Origin: Candidatus Edwardsbacteria bacterium
GTDB lineage: Bacteria > Edwardsbacteria > AC1 > EtOH8
Direction: 5' to 3'
NCBI GenBank assembly: GCA_020053305.1
Contig: JAGVNJ010000018.1
Location: forward strand, 1,910 to 65,909
Length of the DNA stretch: 64,000 nucleotides
Below, piece after piece: positions 29,645-39,940 of this stretch (its first letter is position 1; every line of letters begins with the position of its first letter). The notes under the pieces are model-generated. The model made no database searches. It saw nothing but the letters and a program-made list of their open reading frames with translations, and was not told where the DNA came from. The position numbers and the translations under genes were made by a program.

Positions 29645-29941
29645 ATGAAAAAACTGGAAGCGGTGGGGGATATTTTAAGCCGGGTCCTGAGATCCTTGGA
29701 GATAGACCAGAGGATGAACGAAGCCAGGGCCCTGGCGGCCTGGCCGGAGGCGGTGGGCCCCAAGATCGCCGCCAACACCCGGGCGGTCTCGATGATCCGG
29801 GGCCGGCTGCTGGTGGAGGCCAAGAGCCCGGCCTGGGTGCAGGAGTGTACCCTGCTGAGGGTCAGGTTCAAGGGAAAAATAAATAAGCTGATCGGGGCCG
29901 AGGCCGTCAAGGATATCACTTTCAAGGTGGGGCCATTCTAA
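29645..29941 (+). CDS. DUF721 / DciA-like protein (helicase-loader-associated), at the usual position upstream of gyrB
   Basis: It is 98 aa with a basic N-terminus. The recF-gyrB synteny is typical of DUF721. Confidence 0.6.
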   Translation: MKKLEAVGDILSRVLRSLEIDQRMNEARALAAWPEAVGPKIAANTRAVSMIRGRLLVEAKSPAWVQECTLLRVRFKGKINKLIGAEAVKDITFKVGPF

Positions 29942-29958
29942 AGGAAGAAAAATCATAA

Positions 29959-31884
<1,926 letters not shown>

Positions 31885-32014
31885 ATTGCCACTCCGCCAA
31901 AGGCGGACCCGCCTATATGTACTACCCTGCGGTGGCGGGAGAGACACCAAGACGCAGAGATAGTACCAGGCATTCAATCATTGAGCATATAAATGAAATT
32001 TATTTGGAGGCGAT

Positions 32015-32347
32015 ATGGCCGCCAGGTATTACGGGGTTAAAAAAGTTATGGAGAAGGCCCAGAGGATCGGGCCAGCCACCGAAAAGATGTTCTATGTGAA
32101 GAACGACGAGGTGCTGGTGGGCATCGTCAAGGGAAGCAAATACACCATAGCGGCCGACCTGACCGACAAGAAGGAATATTTCGCTTTTTATGAAGCCTGC
32201 CAGAAGGGCCATTGGGTGGATATCGAACTGTACCGGATGCCCCGGGAACAGGCCGAAAACTGCCCGGACGAAGGACGATTTACCCTCGCGGACCTGAAGG
32301 CGCTGGATAAAAAAGCCCCGCCCAGGAGCAGGACCAAGAAAAAATAA
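32015..32347 (+). CDS. Small hypothetical protein between gyrB and gyrA with a basic C-terminal tail
   Basis: It is 110 aa. Codon usage is consistent with neighbours. There are no recognisable motifs. Confidence 0.45.
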   Translation: MAARYYGVKKVMEKAQRIGPATEKMFYVKNDEVLVGIVKGSKYTIAADLTDKKEYFAFYEACQKGHWVDIELYRMPREQAENCPDEGRFTLADLKALDKKAPPRSRTKKK

Positions 32348-32363
32348 TATAAAGGATATATAG

Positions 32364-34841
32364 ATGGCACTTGAGAGAGAGAGAATAATCGGCTGCGAGA
32401 TCGAGGAGGAGATGAAAACCTCCTACCTGAACTATTCCATGTCGGTGATCGTGGGCCGGGCGCTGCCGGATGTCAGGGACGGCCTGAAGCCGGTGCACCG
32501 CCGGATACTGTACGCCATGAGCGAGCTGGGCATGGCCCATAACAAGCCCTATAAGAAGAGCGCCCGCATCGTGGGGGAGGTGATGGGTAAATTCCATCCC
32601 CATGGCGATCAGGCCATCTACGACTCCATGGTGAGGATGGCTCAGGATTTCTCGCTGCGCTACATGCTGGTGGACGGCCAGGGCAACTTCGGCTCGGTGG
32701 ACGGCGATCCGCCGGCCGCCCAGCGCTACACCGAGGCCAGGCTGTCCCGGATCTCGGCCGAAGTGCTCAAGGATATAGATAAGGACACCGTCAAGTTCGT
32801 GGACAACTACGACGGGTCGCTTCAGGAGCCCTCGGTGCTTCCCTCGCTGTTGCCCGGCCTGCTGGTCAACGGCTCCTCGGGGATCGCGGTGGGCATGGCC
32901 ACCAATATACCGCCCCACAACCTGGGCGAGGTCTGCGACGCCGTCACCGCCCTGATCGACGAGCCGGAGCTGAAGCCGGAGAAACTGCTGAAGATAGTCA
33001 AGGGTCCGGATTTTCCCACCGGCGGCATGATCATGGGGGTCTCCGGGATCCGGGACGCCTACCAGACCGGCCGGGGCAAGGTGGTCATCCGGGGCAAGGT
33101 GATGGTGGAGACCGCCAAGAGCGGCAAGGAATACATCATCATCTCCGAGCTGCCCTACGAGGTCAACAAGGCCAGCCTGATAGGGAAGGTGGCCGAGCTG
33201 GTGCGGGACAAGAAGATCGACGGGATCGCCGACATCAACGACGAATCCGACCGGGACGGCATGAGGGTGGTGATCACCATGAAGCGGGACAGCGATCCCC
33301 GGGTGACCATCAACCAGCTGTACCAGCACACCCAGCTGCAGAACAGCTTCGGGGTGATCATGCTGGCCCTGGTGGACGGGGTCCCCAAGGTGCTGAACCT
33401 GCATCAGGTGCTGAACCATTTCATCGACTTCCGGGTGGAGGTGGTCACCCGGCGCACCAAATACGAACTGGCCCAGGCCGAGAAACGGGCCCACATCCTG
33501 GAGGGCCTGAAGATAGCCATCGAGAACATCGACGAGGTGGTCAGGATAATCAAGAAATCGGCCAACGTCGAGGCGGCCAAGGAATCATTAAAGAAGAAGT
33601 TCAAGCTCTCCGATGAACAGGCCCAGGCCATATTAGACATGACCCTCAAGCGGCTGACCAGCCTGGAGACCAAGAAGATCGAGGAGGAGTACACGGAGCT
33701 GATAAAGCTGATATCCAAGCTGAAGGGGATACTGGAGAGCAAACGCCGGCTGATGGGCGTCATCCGGGAGGAGATCGCCGAGCTGAAGAAGAAGTACGGC
33801 GACGAGCGCCGCACCGAGATCCACGCCGCGGCCGAGGAGAAGTTCTCCATCGAGGACCTGATAGTCGACGAGGAGATGGTAATCACCATCAGCCATGCCG
33901 GGTACATCAAGCGCCTGTCGGTAACGGCCTACAAGCGGCAGGGTCGGGGCGGCAAGGGGGTGACCGGCATGAAGACCAAGGACGAGGATTTCGTGGAGGG
34001 GATGTTCATCGCCTCCACCCACCATTACATCCTGTTCTTCACTGATAAGGGCCGCTGCTACTGGCTCAAAGTCTACGAGGTTCCGGAGGGAGGCCGGGCC
34101 ACCAAGGGCCGGCAGATCAGCAACATTCTGGAGCTGAAGGCCGACGAGAAGATCGCCGCCTATATCGCGGTCAAGGAATTCGACGACCAGCATTTCGTGG
34201 TGATGGCCACCAGCAGCGGGGTGATCAAGAAGACCGCCCTGTCGGTATTCTCCAATCCCCGCAAGGCCGGCATCATCGCCGCCTCGGTGGACGACACTGA
34301 TCATCTGATAGAGGCCAAGCTGACCGACGGGACCGAGGATGTCATCCTGGTCACCCGCCAGGGGCAGGCCTGCCGCTTCCACGAATCGGACGTCCGCTCC
34401 ATGGGCCGGACCGCCGGCGGGGTACGGGGCATCACCCTGGAGAAGAAGGATTACGTGATCGGGATGGTGGTGGTCAAGCGGGAGGGCAGCCTGCTGACCA
34501 TCTGCGACCGGGGCTACGGCAAACGCAGCGATATCGCCGATTACCGGGTGACCCGGCGGGGCGGCAAGGGCGTCATCAGCATGAAGCTCACCGACAAGAC
34601 CGGCGAACTGGTGGCGGTCAAGGAGGTGGTGGACAGCGACGAATTGATGATCATCTCGACCGAGGGCCAGGTGATACGTCTGACCCTCAAGAACGTCAGG
34701 GTGATGGGCCGGGCCACCCAGGGGGTGCGCCTGATCAATCTGGACGGCAAGGACAAGGTGGTGGATGTGGCCCGTCTGGCAGCCAAGGATGACGAGGAGA
34801 ATGGGGATAATGGAGATAACGGGGAACCCGAAAATCAGTAA
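32364..34841 (+). CDS. gyrA: DNA gyrase subunit A
   Basis: The N-terminal [21 protein letters not shown] with the active-site Tyr region is present. GyrA-box-like C-terminal beta-pinwheel repeats are present. The C-terminal tail is acidic. Confidence 0.95.
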   Translation: MALERERIIGCEIEEEMKTSYLNYSMSVIVGRALPDVRDGLKPVHRRILYAMSELGMAHNKPYKKSARIVGEVMGKFHPHGDQAIYDSMVRMAQDFSLRYMLVDGQGNFGSVDGDPPAAQRYTEARLSRISAEVLKDIDKDTVKFVDNYDGSLQEPSVLPSLLPGLLVNGSSGIAVGMATNIPPHNLGEVCDAVTALIDEPELKPEKLLKIVKGPDFPTGGMIMGVSGIRDAYQTGRGKVVIRGKVMVETAKSGKEYIIISELPYEVNKASLIGKVAELVRDKKIDGIADINDESDRDGMRVVITMKRDSDPRVTINQLYQHTQLQNSFGVIMLALVDGVPKVLNLHQVLNHFIDFRVEVVTRRTKYELAQAEKRAHILEGLKIAIENIDEVVRIIKKSANVEAAKESLKKKFKLSDEQAQAILDMTLKRLTSLETKKIEEEYTELIKLISKLKGILESKRRLMGVIREEIAELKKKYGDERRTEIHAAAEEKFSIEDLIVDEEMVITISHAGYIKRLSVTAYKRQGRGGKGVTGMKTKDEDFVEGMFIASTHHYILFFTDKGRCYWLKVYEVPEGGRATKGRQISNILELKADEKIAAYIAVKEFDDQHFVVMATSSGVIKKTALSVFSNPRKAGIIAASVDDTDHLIEAKLTDGTEDVILVTRQGQACRFHESDVRSMGRTAGGVRGITLEKKDYVIGMVVVKREGSLLTICDRGYGKRSDIADYRVTRRGGKGVISMKLTDKTGELVAVKEVVDSDELMIISTEGQVIRLTLKNVRVMGRATQGVRLINLDGKDKVVDVARLAAKDDEENGDNGDNGEPENQ

Positions 34842-34850
34842 TAATTGCCT

Positions 34851-34876
34851 GAGCCGCTCTTTTAAAGGAGCGGCTC
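34851..34876 (+). terminator. Perfect hairpin downstream of gyrA
   Basis: GAGCCGCTC-TTTTAAAG-GAGCGGCTC followed by A/T-rich sequence. Confidence 0.55.
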
Positions 34877-35020
34877 ATAAATTTTAATGGTCGGTAACTG
34901 TTTAAGCGATGCCGGAATGCACCGGGCCAAGCAACAGGATCGTGCCCAGATCATGTATCAATTATTATTCTGGCAATTACATAGATTAAAATCTTTGCCC
35001 GTTTTTTTGAACGTTCTTGT

Positions 35021-35103
35021 TGTCATGCCCGTGAAACTTGTCCTCGACACAGATCGGGGAACGGGCATCCAGGACTGGATTCCCGCATTCGCGGGAATGA
35101 CAC
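35021..35103. repeat. Hairpin/MITE-like repeat, copy A (TTGTCATGCC...CTGGATTCCCGCATTCGCGGGAATGACA)
   Basis: Terminal inverted segments GTCATGCCCG / CGGGAATGAC are present. The internal palindrome is ATTCCCGC-ATTC-GCGGGAAT. It is related to copy B at 36103-36292. Confidence 0.55.
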
Positions 35104-35152
35104 ATTGAGTAATTTATTTTGCCGAAGCAATAAAAGGATTGGATTAATAATC

Positions 35153-35491
35153 ATGACCGGAGATTGGATAGAAGGATTTAGCGGAGCGGTCACCGTTTGC
35201 GACAAGGAAGGGATCATCCTTTACATGAACGATAAGGCCGTTACCACCTTCGCCAAGTACGGCGGACGGGAACTGATCGGCCGGAACCTCTTCGACTGCC
35301 ACCCTGAGCCGGCCCGGTCCAAGCTTAAAACCATGATGGATGAGCAGCAGACCAATATCTACACCATTGGGAAGAACGGGGTGAAGAAGCTGATCCACCA
35401 AAGCCCCTGGTATAAAAACGGGGTATACCAGGGTTTCGTGGAATTGTCCCTGGAGATCCCCTTCCAGATGCCGCACCATGAAAGAAAATGA
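35153..35491 (+). CDS. Small PAS-like domain protein
   Basis: It is 112 aa from the ATG at 35153. The track ORF begins at a TTG inside the repeat. There are no output domains. Confidence 0.45.
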   Translation: MTGDWIEGFSGAVTVCDKEGIILYMNDKAVTTFAKYGGRELIGRNLFDCHPEPARSKLKTMMDEQQTNIYTIGKNGVKKLIHQSPWYKNGVYQGFVELSLEIPFQMPHHERK

Positions 35492-35564
35492 TTTTTCTGC
35501 TTGCTTTTTATAATGCATCGTAGTATAGTTCAAAGGTAAATATTCCCAAAACATAACTGGAGGT

Positions 35565-35990
35565 ATGAAGATGGAAGATCAAATCGGTGCCGGTTTGCTG
35601 GCGGCGATGGGCGTGGTCTGGGTGTTCGTGGGACTGGCCGCCTACCTGTTCTCAGCCTTTGCCTTGATGGCCATTGCCAAAAAGACCAACACTCCCAACG
35701 GATGGCTGGGCTTTATTCCCATCGGCAATGTGTATCTGATGACCCAGATAGCCAAATTGCCCTGGTGGTGGACGCTGTCGATCCTGTTAGCCATCATTCC
35801 GATACTGGGAGCAATCGTCATGATGGTGGCCATGATCTACATCTGGTGGAAGATCGCCGAGAGGTTGGGCAAGCCCGGGTGGTGGAGCCTGCTCTTGTTG
35901 ATACCGATCGCCAATATCGTGATAATCGCCATTCTGGCCTGGGGCAAAGATACTCCGGGCAAGGATACTCCAGCCCCGGCCCAGGTCTAA
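35565..35990 (+). CDS. Small integral membrane protein with an internally duplicated GW..(F/L)IPI(G/A)N(V/I) motif
   Basis: It has 3-4 TM helices. NGWLGFIPIGNVYLM and PGWWSLLLLIPIANIVII are internal repeats. A good RBS (GGAGG) is present. Confidence 0.55.
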   Translation: MKMEDQIGAGLLAAMGVVWVFVGLAAYLFSAFALMAIAKKTNTPNGWLGFIPIGNVYLMTQIAKLPWWWTLSILLAIIPILGAIVMMVAMIYIWWKIAERLGKPGWWSLLLLIPIANIVIIAILAWGKDTPGKDTPAPAQV

Positions 35991-36021
35991 ATAATTTCCC
36001 GCCAAGTTAGATCCATTTTAA

Positions 36022-36059
36022 GCCGTTCTGTCGATAGCACAGAACGGCTTTTTATTTTT
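36022..36059 (+). terminator. Rho-independent terminator
   Basis: GCCGTTCTGT-cgatagc-ACAGAACGGC followed by TTTTTATTTTT. Confidence 0.7.
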
Positions 36060-36102
36060 GGACTCTTGGTAACTCGGTAATTGAATAGGTCATTAATACC
36101 AG

Positions 36103-36292
36103 TTGTCATGCCATTCCCGCATCATGTGCCCACGGCCCCGCTGCAAGCGGAGCCTCGACTTCCTCCTTCGTTCACACTACGGCGGACAGGTTGTCGGGGC
36201 GTGGTGGGATAAATTCCGAATGGCATCCATGCCTGGATTCCCTCTCCCCGCTTTCGCGAGGACATGTTTCGAGGGAATGACAAATCGCTTTA
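36103..36292. repeat. Hairpin/MITE-like repeat, copy B (TTGTCATGCC...CCTGGATTCCC...GAGGGAATGACA)
   Basis: It has the same termini as copy A with a longer internal region containing several palindromes (CCGCTGCAAGCGG). The track ORF 36103-36303 inside it is judged spurious. Confidence 0.5.
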
Positions 36293-36330
36293 TAGCAAGG
36301 TGAAACGTCTAGAATTTTGATTATATATCC

Positions 36331-38433
36331 ATGTTTCTTTTATTGACATCATCGGCGCATAAAAAGTATAATCCTTTCATGAAAATAATCCTGATAATCC
36401 TCATAACGGCCCTGTCCTTTTGGTCGCTGGCAAGCGAAAAGGAAAGGTTCGGCCATAAGCTGTGGCTGGGCTTTGCCGGAATACGGCTGTTGGTCATCAT
36501 CTTTTTCGCTTTGACCCTATGGGGAATTTCCCTTGACCTTAATATTTTTGCCAGACAACAAAACAGCATAGCCCTGGTAGTCGATGCCAGCCGCAGCATG
36601 ACCCAGCGTGACGGCCGGACGGCCAGTCGTTTTGACCGGGCGATGGACCTCCTGGGCAAAATATCCCCCCGGCAGGATATGAAAAAATATATTTATGACC
36701 AGAACGGCCTGGGGGAGGCCGGGCCTGGCAGGCCGGTTGGGTATTCCGACACCACCGACCTGATAAAGATTATCAAAGCGGCGGTCTCCTTAAAGCCGAA
36801 AGCGGTGGTGCTCTTATCGGACGGAAATCATAATGCGGCGGGAAACCCGGCATCCGAAATAGCCGGCGGGGATGTCCCGATATACGCCATCGGCGTCGGC
36901 CCGGAGGCTGATATTCAATATCCTTCGATATCCCGGATAAATTCACCGGAGGAGATTTCACCGGGGCAAAAAGCCTCAATAGAGCTGCAGCTGGACAATG
37001 TCAAGGACAGGGGAAGGCTGGTCCTGAGCGACGACCGGGGAAGAACCCTGCAGCAGGCGGAATACTCTTCCGGTAAAAGAACAATCGCCCTGGAAGCGAC
37101 CCCTTCTGCTTTGGGGCTCATTCGTTATACGGTGAATATGCTGTCCGGGGGCGATACCATCGACCAAAAGAATGTGGTAATAAACGTAAAAAAAGACCGG
37201 ATCAATGTTCTCTACCTGTCAGGCGATCCGGGGTGGGACCTGCGGTTCATGCACCAGGCGACGGCCAATGCCAAAAACATCGTATTAGATCCCTATCTTT
37301 GGAAGAATAACAACTGGTCAGGCATTGGCAACCAGGAAAAAACCAAACAGGATTTGGGTGATAAGCTAAAAACGGCCGATGTGATAATCCTGCATGATGT
37401 CACGGAAAACATGCTGGACAGAGGCCTGGAGGGCGATATCGCCGCCAGGGTGCAGAACGAAGGGTGCGGACTTTTGATAATGGGCCTGGATTGGCTCTGG
37501 GCGTTCCGCAGCCGTCAGCTGTATGCCATCGCACCCATAATGCCTTCGTCCAACAGCGGGCTCACCGAGGGAACCATCTCGCTGTCAAAATATTTTCTTG
37601 CCTCCGGCATGTTCGATCAGTCCCTGACCGAACAGATCGCTAAACGGATTGTAAAATATCCTCCATTGAACATAAGGGGGAAGGTCAAACAGTTGGCCAC
37701 CGATGCGGTACTGTTTGGAAGCATTGAAAATAAGAAAGAGAACATTCCCTTTTGGGGTCGTCGCTATCTCGGTCGGGGACGCGTAATGCAGATAACGACA
37801 TCATCGCTATGGCCCTGGAAAATGACCGCCCAGGGGATGCTGGAAGACAGCCTGGTCTATTCCGCATTGATCACCGGGAGCTTTCGCTGGCTGGCCGGCA
37901 TGGAGGAACAGAACATAACCCTATCCACCGATCGAAGCTTTTATTATCCCGACGAAAAGATCATTTTCCAGGGAACCAGGCCGGCGGAAAACAGCCGAGA
38001 CCAAGGCATGGAATGGTCGGTTGAGATCAAAGGGAGAAATGGCTTCCGGCAAAAACGGAGAATGTCCCATTGGGGACCGGGGCGCTATATATTCGACGCC
38101 GGGGCCATGCCGCCGGGGGAATACGGTTATGAATCTATCCTTTCCTCTGACGGCAAAAAACTGGCAGATCTCTCCGGCAGGTTCTGGGTGGAGCCATTCC
38201 CTTATCAGGAAAAGGAGCGTTTCCAGAACCGGGAATTGTTAAGTGAGATATCCCGGATCACTCAGGGCAGATATTGGGATATAGATTCTTTGGCCGGCAA
38301 TAATTGGCTGGATCAGGTCAAGCCACAACCAGCGGCAGAAAAGAAAACCCCGATATTCTGGCTGCCCCTGCTGATAATGGCCTTTCTGCTGACCGGGGAA
38401 TGGTATTGGCGGCGTCGCTCCGGCTTGAGCTGA
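36331..38433 (+). CDS. BatA-like membrane protein: N-terminal double-TM, von Willebrand A domain, large extracytoplasmic region, C-terminal TM
   Basis: The VWA MIDAS motif VVDASRSM is present, with two N-terminal TM helices and a C-terminal TM (IFWLPLLIMAFLL). Confidence 0.55.
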   Translation: MFLLLTSSAHKKYNPFMKIILIILITALSFWSLASEKERFGHKLWLGFAGIRLLVIIFFALTLWGISLDLNIFARQQNSIALVVDASRSMTQRDGRTASRFDRAMDLLGKISPRQDMKKYIYDQNGLGEAGPGRPVGYSDTTDLIKIIKAAVSLKPKAVVLLSDGNHNAAGNPASEIAGGDVPIYAIGVGPEADIQYPSISRINSPEEISPGQKASIELQLDNVKDRGRLVLSDDRGRTLQQAEYSSGKRTIALEATPSALGLIRYTVNMLSGGDTIDQKNVVINVKKDRINVLYLSGDPGWDLRFMHQATANAKNIVLDPYLWKNNNWSGIGNQEKTKQDLGDKLKTADVIILHDVTENMLDRGLEGDIAARVQNEGCGLLIMGLDWLWAFRSRQLYAIAPIMPSSNSGLTEGTISLSKYFLASGMFDQSLTEQIAKRIVKYPPLNIRGKVKQLATDAVLFGSIENKKENIPFWGRRYLGRGRVMQITTSSLWPWKMTAQGMLEDSLVYSALITGSFRWLAGMEEQNITLSTDRSFYYPDEKIIFQGTRPAENSRDQGMEWSVEIKGRNGFRQKRRMSHWGPGRYIFDAGAMPPGEYGYESILSSDGKKLADLSGRFWVEPFPYQEKERFQNRELLSEISRITQGRYWDIDSLAGNNWLDQVKPQPAAEKKTPIFWLPLLIMAFLLTGEWYWRRRSGLS

Positions 38434-38449
38434 ACCTGAAAGGCAAACC

Positions 38450-39121
38450 ATGATACCGCTCAAGGACGACATACCCTCATCCAGCTTTCCGGTGGCCAAT
38501 ACCCTGCTGATCGCCCTCAACGGCCTGGTCTTTCTCTATGAGGTCGGCCTGGGTCGGGATGTTTCTCAATTCATCCAGCGATTCGGATTGGTGCCGGTCA
38601 ATGTATTGAGCCTGGGGATCCCGGGCTGGGGAAGCATTTTTTCCTCCATGTTCATCCACGGCGGCTGGGAGCACATCATCGGCAATATGCTGTATCTTTT
38701 CATCTTCGGAGACAACGTGGAGGATGCTTTGGGGCATGCCAAATATCTGTTCTTTTATCTGTTGTGCGGCATAGCCGCTGCCTGGGGGCATATATTATTC
38801 AATACTCAATCGGCCATCCCCACAGTGGGGGCCTCCGGAGCGGTGGCCGGAGTGCTGGGGGCCTATCTGCTGTTGTATCCCCGGGCCGGGGTGCTGACGG
38901 TGATACCCCTGGGCATCTTCATCCGGATAATAAAGGTTCCGGCGGTCCTGGTGCTGGGGTTCTGGATAGTGCTGCAGTTATTGTTCGGGCTGATCAGCCT
39001 GCCCCTGCCGGGCGAGCAGTCCGGAGGGATCGCCTGGTTCGCCCATATCGGGGGCTTCTTTGCCGGGATGCTGCTGGCCAGCCCATTTATTCGCCGGAGA
39101 AATAAAGGGTCTTTTATTTAA
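38450..39121 (+). CDS. Rhomboid-family intramembrane serine protease
   Basis: GASGAVAGVLGAY (GxSG catalytic Ser) and FAHIGGF (catalytic His) are present in a polytopic protein. Confidence 0.8.
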   Translation: MIPLKDDIPSSSFPVANTLLIALNGLVFLYEVGLGRDVSQFIQRFGLVPVNVLSLGIPGWGSIFSSMFIHGGWEHIIGNMLYLFIFGDNVEDALGHAKYLFFYLLCGIAAAWGHILFNTQSAIPTVGASGAVAGVLGAYLLLYPRAGVLTVIPLGIFIRIIKVPAVLVLGFWIVLQLLFGLISLPLPGEQSGGIAWFAHIGGFFAGMLLASPFIRRRNKGSFI

Positions 39122-39211
39122 AAAAATGTTGCAAAAGAGCCCGGTTTCTGACATAATTAAAATTCAGACCTGCGGTCAACTTATATCTTACATCATATCA
39201 AGGAACCATCC

Positions 39212-39940
39212 ATGGAATACCGAATGGAGAGATTGAACTGGAAGCAGTTCAAAAAGATCGTTCCGGGGAAGACAGACATCGTCCTGCTGCCGGTGGGGAC
39301 CATCGAGGCCCACGGGCCCGGGGCCCTGGGCACCGATGCCATAATCCCCGGCTACCTGGCCGAGCGGCTTTCCCGGCCGCTTAACGCCATGGTGGCCCCG
39401 GCCATCAACTACGGTGTCACCAATTCCCTGATCGCCTTTCCGGGGTCGCTGACCGTCAGCCCCCCGACCCTTAGGGCTTATGTCAGGGAGACGGCCTTCA
39501 GCCTGGCCGACGCCGGTTTTAAAAAGATCATCGTGCTCAACGGCCACGGCGGGAATATCGACAGCCTGGATGATCTGGGGGCCGGGCTGTGGAAGGAGAA
39601 GAAGGCCGGGTGCCTGGTGATCCACTGGTGGATGGCGGCCGAAGAGGCCTCCGCTAAATATTTCGACGGCTCCGGCCATGCCGGGGCTGACGAGCTGGCG
39701 GCCCTGATGGCCGTCGACCCAACCCTGGTCTCAAAAGCGGACTACCGCCGGGAGGAGGCCGGCCACCGATTCCAGGGCATCAGCATGCATCCCTTCTATA
39801 GGAGCATGATATTGAACCAGCCGGGGAAGGGCTATCCGGTATTCGATACCGGCCGGGCCAGGAAATACATGGAGGCGGTGGTGATGAGATTGACCTTGGA
39901 CATCAAGCAGATATTGGCCGGCTGGGAGAAGATCATCTGA
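39212..39940 (+). CDS. Creatininase-family amidohydrolase
   Basis: The N-terminal LLPVGTIEAHGPGALGTD metal-binding signature is present. The length is 242 aa. Confidence 0.7.
   Translation: MEYRMERLNWKQFKKIVPGKTDIVLLPVGTIEAHGPGALGTDAIIPGYLAERLSRPLNAMVAPAINYGVTNSLIAFPGSLTVSPPTLRAYVRETAFSLADAGFKKIIVLNGHGGNIDSLDDLGAGLWKEKKAGCLVIHWWMAAEEASAKYFDGSGHAGADELAALMAVDPTLVSKADYRREEAGHRFQGISMHPFYRSMILNQPGKGYPVFDTGRARKYMEAVVMRLTLDIKQILAGWEKII

Noticed and set aside
32280-33494. A 404-aa minus-strand ORF antisense to gyrA, and similar long antisense ORFs (e.g. 62576-63610, 31315-31977, 21633-22472, 41590-42369)
   Set aside because: They lie wholly inside strongly supported genes on the other strand. They are low-complexity Gly/Pro/Arg/His-rich translations typical of GC-rich antisense frames and have no RBS.
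36103-36303. A 66-aa ORF inside repeat copy B
   Set aside because: It lies entirely within the palindromic repeat. Its Cys/Arg-rich translation is implausible and it has no RBS.
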